A program made the translations under genes and the position numbers. A DNA stretch of 64,000 nt from NCBI GenBank assembly GCA_034005005.1, contig JAVEVO010000010.1, forward strand, positions 467-64,466. Direction: 5' to 3'. A model generated the notes under the pieces. That model did not search any database. It was not told the origin of the DNA and saw nothing but the letters and a program-made list of their open reading frames with translations. Shown here in pieces: positions 1 to 8,615 of the stretch (positions are counted from its first letter, which is position 1; each line of letters starts with the position of its first letter). The DNA is from Myxococcota bacterium (GTDB lineage: Bacteria > Myxococcota_A > JAVEVO01).

Positions 1-2374
1 TGACCAGGGCGAGGTCGGGACCCTTCCAGTACGGCTCGATCCACCGCAGGCGCTGGTCCTTGTACTTCGGCGCGGCACGACGCCAGTGGCCCCGCACCAG
101 GTAGCGGTGCATCAGGCTCCCGCCCCCGGGGCCGCGCTCGACCGACTGGAGCTGGCGGAGCCGGGAGATGGGGATGCGCCCGGGCAGCCGGTAGACGTGT
201 TCGGACGGCGGCGCGGCGACCGTCGGCTTCCTCCCGGCCCGGGGCTCCTCCCGGCCCCCTCTTTCCGCGGCCACGCCCGGGCTGGTGGCGTAGAGGATCG
301 CGTTGATCACGAGGTGCACGAGCCGGCGCAGGCGCGGCGAGGTGAAGAACGGGTCCCCCGGGGCCTGCTCCGCGTCGGGCGCCCGGCTCTCCAGGATGGC
401 GTCGAGCCGCGCGCCGGGCTCGAGCCAGAGGTCGCGGCCGACCAGATAGGGTCGCTGCCCATCTCGGGCGTCGAAGGTGAAGGCCAGCCGGAGGATCCGC
501 CCGTCCGGCCGTGGGACCTGCGTGACGTGCGCGGTCAGCACCTTCAGCATCCGGCCGCGGTGCGTCCCGGGCTCCTGGCCCAGCAGCCGCTCGCCGAGGC
601 CGAGGGTGTAGCGGTCGTCGAAGACGATGGCGAACGCGGCGAAGGGCGGGCGCAAGGCGTCCGCCTCGATGTCGAGCGTGGTGTGGTCGAGCTGCCAGGC
701 CAGCGACTCCTCGACCCAGAAGGTCTGGCGGTGGTGGAGCTCCCAGTTGACGATGGCGGCGAGGTGCTCGCCGAGCAGGTTGGCGTCGGCGACGGCGTCT
801 TCCGGCGGCACGCCGCGACGGGCCTCGGCCTCGGCCCGGCCGCGCAGGAAGCGCTGCACCGCCAGATCACGGGAAAGCTCCTCGGGGCCGACGACGGTCG
901 CCAGGTCGAAATCGGCTCTGGCTCGGACCCGCGTGGCGAGCGCCACCGCGAGATCCCCGAGCTCGGGCAGGAGCCGGAGCATCGCCTCGGCGCCGACAGG
1001 CAGCGGGCCAGGCTCCCGGCTGGGTGCATCCGGCTCCCCGGCGATTCCGAGCTCCTCCCAGAGCGGCGTCGGATCGTAGCCCGGCGCGTCCATGCCCAGC
1101 GCCCGCTGGTAGGCCAGCTCGAACTCTTTGAGCAGCGCGACGAGCCGGGGGCGCAGCGTGCTCGACCGCGCCGCGACGCGGGGCGTGGCTCCGTCGAGCG
1201 CGGGGACCGGTTCGTCGACCCAGCGGCGGTAGTAGGCCTCCAGGTGGGCGGCGGTGAACTGATCCAGCGCGTCGTCGTGCGGGACAGGTTTCGGCACAGG
1301 CCGATCTGCCTGCTCGAGCGCCGCCTGCCACGGATCCCGGAGCTGGGTGGCGCGGTGGCGCACCGCCCCTGGGGCGATCTGCTCCAGGAGCTGCTGGGCC
1401 CGGGCCGCGCGCTCCCGGGAGAGCCCTTCGTACAGCAGGAGCTCGCCTTGTAGGCGGAAGGTACCCCACAAGACGGTCGTCCCGTCGGGTCGGAGCGGCG
1501 CGCTCCAGCGATAGCTCTCCCCGTCCTCCTGCCGCTCGAGGCCGTCCGCCGCCTCGAGCGCCGCCACGAGCCGGTCCCGGTCGAGCACGGCGAACCGGCT
1601 CACGGCGAGGACCATCTCCTCGCCGTCGGTGGTCTGGAGCTGCGGGCGGTGAGTCAGCGGCCGGGTCCACTCGCCGTAGAAGCGGGGCGGCATCGTCGCC
1701 CAGAACTCGCTCTCCGCCAGGTCCGGATGGTCCTGGCGCCACTCGCCGAGCCCGTGGCGCAACGCCATCGCCAGTCCCGGCGCACCGTCCTGCGGGGACA
1801 AGGGGAACAGGCCGCCGTCCAGCTCTGGCCCTCCCGAGGGGCCGAGCGGGTTGACCCGTGCCGCCAGGATTGCGAACCGCCGCAGCGACTGTGACCCTGT
1901 GCGCTCCCGGACCGTCACCGTGCCGCCGTCGAGGATCTCGCGCAAGGTCACCGACTCGCCGGGGCGCACCGCGACGACCTCGTAGGCCCGCATCCGTGCG
2001 GAGGCCAGGCGCTGCAGGTAGGTGCGCTCGCCCGGGCCCAGGGCCGACCCGGCGAGCAGGTGGTCCACCGGCCGCCAGCCGTCGAGCAGCCGCCAGTCGA
2101 AGGCGAGCCAGGCCTGGAACGCGTCGTCGGCCATCTCCGCCATCCCGGGGGTGGGGAGGTCGGCCAGCCCGGGGCCCTCGGCGAAGAAGACGCCCTCCGC
2201 CTCCGCGCGCTTGCTGGCCCATCCCGGTGCGTCGAGGAGACTCCGGACCGCCTCCCAGGCCCTGGTCCGGTCCCCCGGCGAGATGGCCGCGCCGCTCGCG
2301 GTCGGTCCGCAGCACTTCTTGTACTTCCGGCCGCTTCCACACGGGCAAGGGTCGTTTCGGCCGATGCGCGACAT
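1..2374 (-). CDS. SEC-C motif domain protein, copy 1 (3' end outside window). N-terminal CPCGSGRKYKKCCG metal-binding motif; the remaining ~780 aa have no recognised domain
   Basis: Identical reading frame to 6213..8615. Start ATG at 2374 preceded by GGAGAGG RBS. SEC-C motif at residues 9-22. Track ORFs 86..1453(+) and 867..2348(-) are antisense or other-frame artefacts. Confidence 0.7.
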   Translation of the reverse strand, partial: MSRIGRNDPCPCGSGRKYKKCCGPTASGAAISPGDRTRAWEAVRSLLDAPGWASKRAEAEGVFFAEGPGLADLPTPGMAEMADDAFQAWLAFDWRLLDGWRPVDHLLAGSALGPGERTYLQRLASARMRAYEVVAVRPGESVTLREILDGGTVTVRERTGSQSLRRFAILAARVNPLGPSGGPELDGGLFPLSPQDGAPGLAMALRHGLGEWRQDHPDLAESEFWATMPPRFYGEWTRPLTHRPQLQTTDGEEMVLAVSRFAVLDRDRLVAALEAADGLERQEDGESYRWSAPLRPDGTTVLWGTFRLQGELLLYEGLSRERAARAQQLLEQIAPGAVRHRATQLRDPWQAALEQADRPVPKPVPHDDALDQFTAAHLEAYYRRWVDEPVPALDGATPRVAARSSTLRPRLVALLKEFELAYQRALGMDAPGYDPTPLWEELGIAGEPDAPSREPGPLPVGAEAMLRLLPELGDLAVALATRVRARADFDLATVVGPEELSRDLAVQRFLRGRAEAEARRGVPPEDAVADANLLGEHLAAIVNWELHHRQTFWVEESLAWQLDHTTLDIEADALRPPFAAFAIVFDDRYTLGLGERLLGQEPGTHRGRMLKVLTAHVTQVPRPDGRILRLAFTFDARDGQRPYLVGRDLWLEPGARLDAILESRAPDAEQAPGDPFFTSPRLRRLVHLVINAILYATSPGVAAERGGREEPRAGRKPTVAAPPSEHVYRLPGRIPISRLRQLQSVERGPGGGSLMHRYLVRGHWRRAAPKYKDQRLRWIEPYWKGPDLALV

Positions 2375-2918
2375 ACCTCTCCTCGTGCGGCGATCCACCC
2401 GTGCCGGCGACTCCAGGAGGACTCGGATGGTCTCGATGGAGGCGGGTGATGCGCCGGGGCGGTGTTCCGGCTCGCCAGCAGCCACCGGGGTGACGCGCAC
2501 TCCGAGCGTGTGTGCCTCAGAGCTGCCCTCGGGAGCACCCCGGAGCTGCTCGAACTCTACCATGGCCCGGGCCTGGTCGTCATCGTCGTGGACCGGCCAG
2601 GTCGGCACCGTTCACCTTCCTGCCTGCGGCCCCTGTGATGTCTCCAGCAACTTTGCCGCTGGACCGTGGCGTAGCGCTCGACCCCGTGGCCGTCGAGGCC
2701 CCGGGCCGCGTCGTGTCGAATCCTTCGAATGGCCGGCGACCCGCCCTGCTCAGTTCCCGGCTGGCCCCCTCTCCTCGTTGTCCCCCCAACACCCCCCAGG
2801 CACCCCGTAGAACCCCCAGGGACCCGGTCGTTGGCAAGCGCAACGTGCTGATTTCCTTTGTTTCTCTTCTACCTACGTCCCCTAAAGTCCGCGCTTAAAA
2901 TCCTCCGCCGCAAGGCAT

Positions 2919-2945
2919 GCGGGTTCGAGTCCCGCTCCGGGTACC
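2919..2945 (+). other. tRNA-like 3' fragment: T-stem GCGGG / loop TTCGAGT / CCCGC, 7-nt acceptor 3' strand TCCGGGT, discriminator A, then CC. No D-arm or anticodon arm could be folded upstream
   Basis: Resembles the tRNA/tmRNA consensus 3' end (GGTTCGAnTCC T-loop). Duplication identity stops 2 nt after it. Possible att-core remnant. Confidence 0.4.
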
Positions 2946-3377
2946 GCTGATTCGGTAGAGTTTCTGAATGGTTACGAGATTCTGTGGATTCGGTTCGCAA
3001 TCGGCCGACGCTGGCCAGGGGCGGTTGTTGGCAGCCCTGATTGCCACCCCGGGCCTTCCACCCGAGTCTCGGGCTGACAGCGAGCGGCTGAGCTGAAGAG
3101 CTCCGAGCCTCCCCCTGGCCTGCACATCTTCGCGTTCAGAAGTCAGAAGTGGGTCTTCGAGATCGTGGCCGGGCCCCTTGCGTCCGGCCCGCCCGCCCCG
3201 CTCGGCACGGACCTGTCATTTCGGCCGCAGGCCGTGGCCCGGAGACAGCTTGGTCGTGCCGGGTGAGCGTGCGCGTGCCCGTGCTCGTGGGAGCGTGTGT
3301 CGTGGGCACATGGGGCGCAGGAGCGTGGCCCTCGTCCCCGGGGGCTGCTCGGCTGCCGTCCGGGCACTCGGCGCCAA

Positions 3378-3396
3378 TTATGTCTTTACGACATAA
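3378..3396. promoter_or_regulatory. Perfect inverted repeat TTATGTC-TTTAC-GACATAA in a low-GC patch ~50 nt upstream of the ATPase start. Candidate operator
   Basis: Seen directly: 7-bp arms are exact reverse complements. Local AT-rich stretch in a 70% GC background. Confidence 0.3.
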
Positions 3397-3442
3397 TGTT
3401 TCTGCGACATGATCTCTTCTGGATGCTGCCGGAGGTGCCGGG

Positions 3443-4849
3443 ATGAAGCTGCCGTTTCTGGACCGTGAGGCCGAGTCCGCCCGCCTGCGGCGCTTCTTTG
3501 GCCGGCCAGAGGCGTCCCTGGCCGCGGTCTACGGTCGTCGCCGCACCGGTAAGTCCCGCCTGCTGCGCGAGGTGCTGCCTGCGGAGCGCACCGTGTACTA
3601 CGTGGCCGACGACCGGGACGCGTCGCTGCAACGGGTCGGGCTGGCGCAGGAGATCGACCGCGAGCTGCCGGGCTTTGGGCGGGTGCTGTATCCCGACTGG
3701 GACGCGCTGCTCCAGCGCTGGTGGTACCAGGCGCCGGCCGGGTCCGTGCTGGCCATCGACGAGTTCCCCGCGCTGGTCGCGCAGGCGCCGGAGCTGCCGA
3801 GCCTGCTGCAGAAGCGGCTCGACCGCCAGGACACGGCCGGGCCGCACCTGGTGCTCACCGGATCGTCGCAGCGCATGATGCTCGGCCTGGTCCTGGACCG
3901 GAGCGCGCCGCTGTTCGGCCGGGCCGCGGAGATCCTCCGCCTCCTGCCGCTCGAGGCCGGCTGGCTCCGGCGCGCGCTCGCCCTGGAGGACGACGCCCGG
4001 GTCATCGAGTCCTGGGCGGTGTGGGGCGGCATTCCCCGGTACTGGGAGCTGGCAGCCGACTTCCCCGACCTGACCAGGGCCGTGCGGGAGCTGATCCTCA
4101 GCCCCCTGGGCGTGCTGCACGAGGAGCCGGCGACGCTCCTGCTCGACGATCTGCGCGAGACCACCCAGGCTGCGTCCATCCTCAGCCTGGTCGGCCGCGG
4201 CTGCCACCGGCTGTCCGAGATCGCCGGTCGCCTGGGCAAGCCCGCCACGTCGCTGTCCCGGCCGATGCAGCGCCTCCTCGAGCTGGGCTTGGTGCGGCGG
4301 GACCTGCCCTGGGGCACCTCGACCCGGGACGCCAAGCGCACGCTGTACCGCATCGCCGACCCCTTCCTCCGCTTCTGGTTCGCGTTCGTCGAGCCGGAGC
4401 GCTCCCGGCTGGAGGCGGGGCAGGTGGACGCGGTGGCCCTGAAGATTTGGGGCAGCTTCTCGCACCACGTGGCGAGCCACTGGGAGGAGCTCGTGCGGGC
4501 GAGCATCCCCCGCGGCGAGTGGCTCGGTCGGCGCTGGAAGCCTGCGGCGTCCTGGTGGGGTGCGGGCACCGACGGCAAGCCGGTCGAGTTCGACGTGGTC
4601 GCCGAGAGCGAGGACGAGACAGCCCTGCTCGTCGGCGAGGTCAAGTGGGGCATGAAGGCAGACGTCGCGCGGCTGACCGCCGAGCTGCGTGCGCGGGCCG
4701 CGCGCCTGCCCACGACGGCCGGGCGGACCCTCTGCCTGGGGCTCTGGCTCGAGCGGCCTCCCGCCCGCAGCACCGGGGACGGGGTCGGCGTCTTCAGCCC
4801 TACCGAGGTACTCGGCTACCTCGGCGGCGATGTCGCGAGCCGGGAGTAG
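3443..4849 (+). CDS. AAA+ ATPase of the archaeal-type ATPase family (COG1672-like) with a C-terminal DUF234-like domain
   Basis: Walker A GRRRTGKS, Walker B LAIDEF. RBS GGAGGTG before the ATG. C-terminal region typical of DUF234-containing ATPases. Strong GC3 bias. Confidence 0.85.
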   Translation: MKLPFLDREAESARLRRFFGRPEASLAAVYGRRRTGKSRLLREVLPAERTVYYVADDRDASLQRVGLAQEIDRELPGFGRVLYPDWDALLQRWWYQAPAGSVLAIDEFPALVAQAPELPSLLQKRLDRQDTAGPHLVLTGSSQRMMLGLVLDRSAPLFGRAAEILRLLPLEAGWLRRALALEDDARVIESWAVWGGIPRYWELAADFPDLTRAVRELILSPLGVLHEEPATLLLDDLRETTQAASILSLVGRGCHRLSEIAGRLGKPATSLSRPMQRLLELGLVRRDLPWGTSTRDAKRTLYRIADPFLRFWFAFVEPERSRLEAGQVDAVALKIWGSFSHHVASHWEELVRASIPRGEWLGRRWKPAASWWGAGTDGKPVEFDVVAESEDETALLVGEVKWGMKADVARLTAELRARAARLPTTAGRTLCLGLWLERPPARSTGDGVGVFSPTEVLGYLGGDVASRE

Positions 4850-4929
4850 CGACTCGCTGCTCCGCCTCGGGGCTGCCCGGGGGAGTTCCCCAGAGGCGCT
4901 CGACCTCTGCCATCGTCCGACCGTGGTAG

Positions 4930-5338
4930 AATGCGTTCCGACGATCAGCAGGGCGAGGGCCACCGCGGAGGCCGCGGCCACGGTGGCCACTCCCACGATG
5001 CGGAGCAGCGGGAGCAGCCATTCCCAGACCTGGAGTTTCCCACCGGCCGCGACCTCGCGCTCGATGCGGCCGCGCAAGAACAGCAAAGCCACCTCCACGA
5101 AGAGCGCGGTCGCGGTCAGGCAGACCACCGCGTTCAGCACGAAGTTGGCTTCGGGCAGCAGTGTGCAGAACGCGAGCAGGCCCAGCGCCAGCAGGCTGCT
5201 CAGGGCGAGCCACTGGCCGAGCATCAGCCGGCTGGTCAGCCGACGCGCCGGGGAGAACCAGCCCAGCGGCTCCCGGAGCAGCGCATAGCGCAGGATGATC
5301 ATCGCGATCACGGCCAGCAGGATCGGCACGATGGGCAA
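4930..5338 (-). CDS. Putative small polytopic membrane protein, probably a 3'-truncated or disrupted gene. Coding signal for ~135 aa, then no in-frame stop until 3386
   Basis: ATG at 5338. Very high GC3 and 3-4 hydrophobic helices (MPIVPILLAVIAMIIL...LLIVG). Codon bias collapses after ~4930, where the frame runs antisense through the ATPase gene. Confidence 0.4.
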
Positions 5339-5464
5339 GAACCCCGTCAGCCCCGTGGCGAGCGCGACCGCTCCTGGATGCCCGTCGAGGGAGGCGGGGG
5401 CCCCGTGACGCCGCTGGCGGGGATGCAGCGGCGACCGAATGCCAAGGCAATTTCGGACAGGGTC

Positions 5465-5701
5465 CTACGCCCACCAGCGTCGCCGCTGCCACTCGTCGAG
5501 CAGCGCCTGACCGATGGAGGCCGCGTCCGTGACCCGGGGCCAGTCCAGGCCTCCTCCGCACTCGGGGCAGGCCGCGTGGCGCAGCAGCAGGGGTGCAGGT
5601 ACCCGCTCGGCACAGTGGGGGCAGCGTCGCCGCAGCATCAGGGCCCGCTGGTGCGCCTGCCGACTCCAGGGTGCGGGGGCAGCCAGCCGTGGGGCAGGCA
5701 A
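5465..5701 (-). CDS. Small zinc-ribbon protein (CPHC...CPEC), hypothetical
   Basis: 78-aa ORF with two CxxC pairs. Moderate GC3. No clear RBS. Confidence 0.35.
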   Translation of the reverse strand: MPAPRLAAPAPWSRQAHQRALMLRRRCPHCAERVPAPLLLRHAACPECGGGLDWPRVTDAASIGQALLDEWQRRRWWA

Positions 5702-6212
5702 GGCAGTGACGTGCTGGTCGCCGGTGCTCGAGGGCGTCCTCCTGGGAACCCCTCAATCCACCATCCAGACGTGCCGAGGGGGAACGCTCGGGCCCGGATG
5801 CATCTCCCGGAGCCGGACCAGCCCTCCGAGTAGCTCACCTCGGGTCCTGCCGCACCTTCTGCAAGACGCTCCTCCGGAGCCACTCCCACGGCGGTTCGCC
5901 ATGCCAGGAGCGCGTCCCGTAGCGCATGAGGGTCACGCGGACCTGCGTGGCCACCCGGAGCGGGCCCGGGAAGCGGCGGAGCACCTTCGGGGTGAGCTGC
6001 TGAGCGGGAGGACGCCATGAACAAGCCGACCACGGCCGTCGGCTACGACGCCGGCCTGGCAGCCGAGGCCCGCCGGCTGTGCATCTATACAGGAGCGGAC
6101 GGCCGCACGCACAGCTCGAGCTGGCGAAGCCTTGTCTCCAGCTCCTGATCCGTCAACAGCCCCGCTGAGCCGCGCACATCCCGCCCTGCGTGTCCCCGAC
6201 TCTGGTGCCGAC

Positions 6213-8615
6213 TCAAGGCACGAGCTGGTACTCCCGCTCGATGACCAGGGCGAGGTCGGGACCCTTCCAGTACGGCTCGATCCACCGCAGGCGCTGGTCC
6301 TTGTACTTCGGCGCGGCACGACGCCAGTGGCCCCGCACCAGGTAGCGGTGCATCAGGCTCCCGCCCCCGGGGCCGCGCTCGACCGACTGGAGCTGGCGGA
6401 GCCGGGAGATGGGGATGCGCCCGGGCAGCCGGTAGACGTGTTCGGACGGCGGCGCGGCGACCGTCGGCTTCCTCCCGGCCCGGGGCTCCTCCCGGCCCCC
6501 TCTTTCCGCGGCCACGCCCGGGCTGGTGGCGTAGAGGATCGCGTTGATCACGAGGTGCACGAGCCGGCGCAGGCGCGGCGAGGTGAAGAACGGGTCCCCC
6601 GGGGCCTGCTCCGCGTCGGGCGCCCGGCTCTCCAGGATGGCGTCGAGCCGCGCGCCGGGCTCGAGCCAGAGGTCGCGGCCGACCAGATAGGGTCGCTGCC
6701 CATCTCGGGCGTCGAAGGTGAAGGCCAGCCGGAGGATCCGCCCGTCCGGCCGTGGGACCTGCGTGACGTGCGCGGTCAGCACCTTCAGCATCCGGCCGCG
6801 GTGCGTCCCGGGCTCCTGGCCCAGCAGCCGCTCGCCGAGGCCGAGGGTGTAGCGGTCGTCGAAGACGATGGCGAACGCGGCGAAGGGCGGGCGCAAGGCG
6901 TCCGCCTCGATGTCGAGCGTGGTGTGGTCGAGCTGCCAGGCCAGCGACTCCTCGACCCAGAAGGTCTGGCGGTGGTGGAGCTCCCAGTTGACGATGGCGG
7001 CGAGGTGCTCGCCGAGCAGGTTGGCGTCGGCGACGGCGTCTTCCGGCGGCACGCCGCGACGGGCCTCGGCCTCGGCCCGGCCGCGCAGGAAGCGCTGCAC
7101 CGCCAGATCACGGGAAAGCTCCTCGGGGCCGACGACGGTCGCCAGGTCGAAATCGGCTCTGGCTCGGACCCGCGTGGCGAGCGCCACCGCGAGATCCCCG
7201 AGCTCGGGCAGGAGCCGGAGCATCGCCTCGGCGCCGACAGGCAGCGGGCCAGGCTCCCGGCTGGGTGCATCCGGCTCCCCGGCGATTCCGAGCTCCTCCC
7301 AGAGCGGCGTCGGATCGTAGCCCGGCGCGTCCATGCCCAGCGCCCGCTGGTAGGCCAGCTCGAACTCTTTGAGCAGCGCGACGAGCCGGGGGCGCAGCGT
7401 GCTCGACCGCGCCGCGACGCGGGGCGTGGCTCCGTCGAGCGCGGGGACCGGTTCGTCGACCCAGCGGCGGTAGTAGGCCTCCAGGTGGGCGGCGGTGAAC
7501 TGATCCAGCGCGTCGTCGTGCGGGACAGGTTTCGGCACAGGCCGATCTGCCTGCTCGAGCGCCGCCTGCCACGGATCCCGGAGCTGGGTGGCGCGGTGGC
7601 GCACCGCCCCTGGGGCGATCTGCTCCAGGAGCTGCTGGGCCCGGGCCGCGCGCTCCCGGGAGAGCCCTTCGTACAGCAGGAGCTCGCCTTGTAGGCGGAA
7701 GGTACCCCACAAGACGGTCGTCCCGTCGGGTCGGAGCGGCGCGCTCCAGCGATAGCTCTCCCCGTCCTCCTGCCGCTCGAGGCCGTCCGCCGCCTCGAGC
7801 GCCGCCACGAGCCGGTCCCGGTCGAGCACGGCGAACCGGCTCACGGCGAGGACCATCTCCTCGCCGTCGGTGGTCTGGAGCTGCGGGCGGTGAGTCAGCG
7901 GCCGGGTCCACTCGCCGTAGAAGCGGGGCGGCATCGTCGCCCAGAACTCGCTCTCCGCCAGGTCCGGATGGTCCTGGCGCCACTCGCCGAGCCCGTGGCG
8001 CAACGCCATCGCCAGTCCCGGCGCACCGTCCTGCGGGGACAAGGGGAACAGGCCGCCGTCCAGCTCTGGCCCTCCCGAGGGGCCGAGCGGGTTGACCCGT
8101 GCCGCCAGGATTGCGAACCGCCGCAGCGACTGTGACCCTGTGCGCTCCCGGACCGTCACCGTGCCGCCGTCGAGGATCTCGCGCAAGGTCACCGACTCGC
8201 CGGGGCGCACCGCGACGACCTCGTAGGCCCGCATGCGTGCGGAGGCCAGGCGCTGCAGGTAGGTGCGCTCGCCCGGGCCCAGGGCCGACCCGGCGAGCAG
8301 GTGGTCCACCGGCCGCCAGCCGTCGAGCAGCCGCCAGTCGAACGCGAGCCAGGCCTGGAACGCGTCGTCGGCCATCTCCGCCATCCCGGGGGTGGGGAGG
8401 TCGGCCAGCCCGGGGCCCTCGGCGAAGAAGACGCCCTCCGCCTCCGCGTGCCTGCTGGCCCATCCCGGTGCGTCGAGGAGACTCCGGATTGCCTCCCAGG
8501 CCCTGGTCCGGTCCCCCGGCGAGATGGCCGCGCCGCTCGCGGTCGGTCCGCAGCACTTCTTGTACTTCCGACCGCTTCCACACGGGCAAGGGTCGTTTCG
8601 GCCGATGCGCGACAT
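6213..8615 (-). CDS. SEC-C motif domain protein, copy 2 (800 aa, complete)
   Basis: ATG at 8615 with GGAGAGG RBS. Track ORF 6213..9086 extends 157 codons upstream through low-complexity R/G-rich sequence lacking codon bias. N-terminal SEC-C motif CPCGSGRKYKKCCG. Stop at 6213. Confidence 0.75.
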   Translation of the reverse strand: MSRIGRNDPCPCGSGRKYKKCCGPTASGAAISPGDRTRAWEAIRSLLDAPGWASRHAEAEGVFFAEGPGLADLPTPGMAEMADDAFQAWLAFDWRLLDGWRPVDHLLAGSALGPGERTYLQRLASARMRAYEVVAVRPGESVTLREILDGGTVTVRERTGSQSLRRFAILAARVNPLGPSGGPELDGGLFPLSPQDGAPGLAMALRHGLGEWRQDHPDLAESEFWATMPPRFYGEWTRPLTHRPQLQTTDGEEMVLAVSRFAVLDRDRLVAALEAADGLERQEDGESYRWSAPLRPDGTTVLWGTFRLQGELLLYEGLSRERAARAQQLLEQIAPGAVRHRATQLRDPWQAALEQADRPVPKPVPHDDALDQFTAAHLEAYYRRWVDEPVPALDGATPRVAARSSTLRPRLVALLKEFELAYQRALGMDAPGYDPTPLWEELGIAGEPDAPSREPGPLPVGAEAMLRLLPELGDLAVALATRVRARADFDLATVVGPEELSRDLAVQRFLRGRAEAEARRGVPPEDAVADANLLGEHLAAIVNWELHHRQTFWVEESLAWQLDHTTLDIEADALRPPFAAFAIVFDDRYTLGLGERLLGQEPGTHRGRMLKVLTAHVTQVPRPDGRILRLAFTFDARDGQRPYLVGRDLWLEPGARLDAILESRAPDAEQAPGDPFFTSPRLRRLVHLVINAILYATSPGVAAERGGREEPRAGRKPTVAAPPSEHVYRLPGRIPISRLRQLQSVERGPGGGSLMHRYLVRGHWRRAAPKYKDQRLRWIEPYWKGPDLALVIEREYQLVP

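Larger units (their letters stand above)
1..2947. repeat. Copy 1 of a ~2.95-kb direct segmental duplication. Truncated by the window start. ~99.8% identical to 6242-9190 in the coding part and ~95-97% in the last ~550 bp
   Basis: Position 1 aligns to 6242 (offset 6241). ORFs 867..2348(-) and 7108..8589(-) differ at 3 aa of 493. Identity ends at 2947/9190, just past a tRNA-like acceptor end. Confidence 0.9.

Noticed and set aside
86-1453. Plus-strand ORFs 86..1453 / 6132..7694 and minus-strand ORFs 867..2348 / 7108..8589
   Set aside because: Alternative-frame or antisense overlaps of the SEC-C protein gene; low-complexity translations with no motifs. They were useful only for measuring identity between the repeat copies.
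2560-2945. Canonical one-piece tmRNA (ssrA) ending at the tRNA-like 3' end
   Set aside because: Only ~20 nt separate the candidate tag-ORF stop (TAA 2896-2898) from the T-arm. No room for pseudoknots PK2-PK4. No GGAUUCGAC-like 5' motif. The candidate 5' acceptor strand would start with A or require wobble pairs. Kept only as a tRNA-like fragment.
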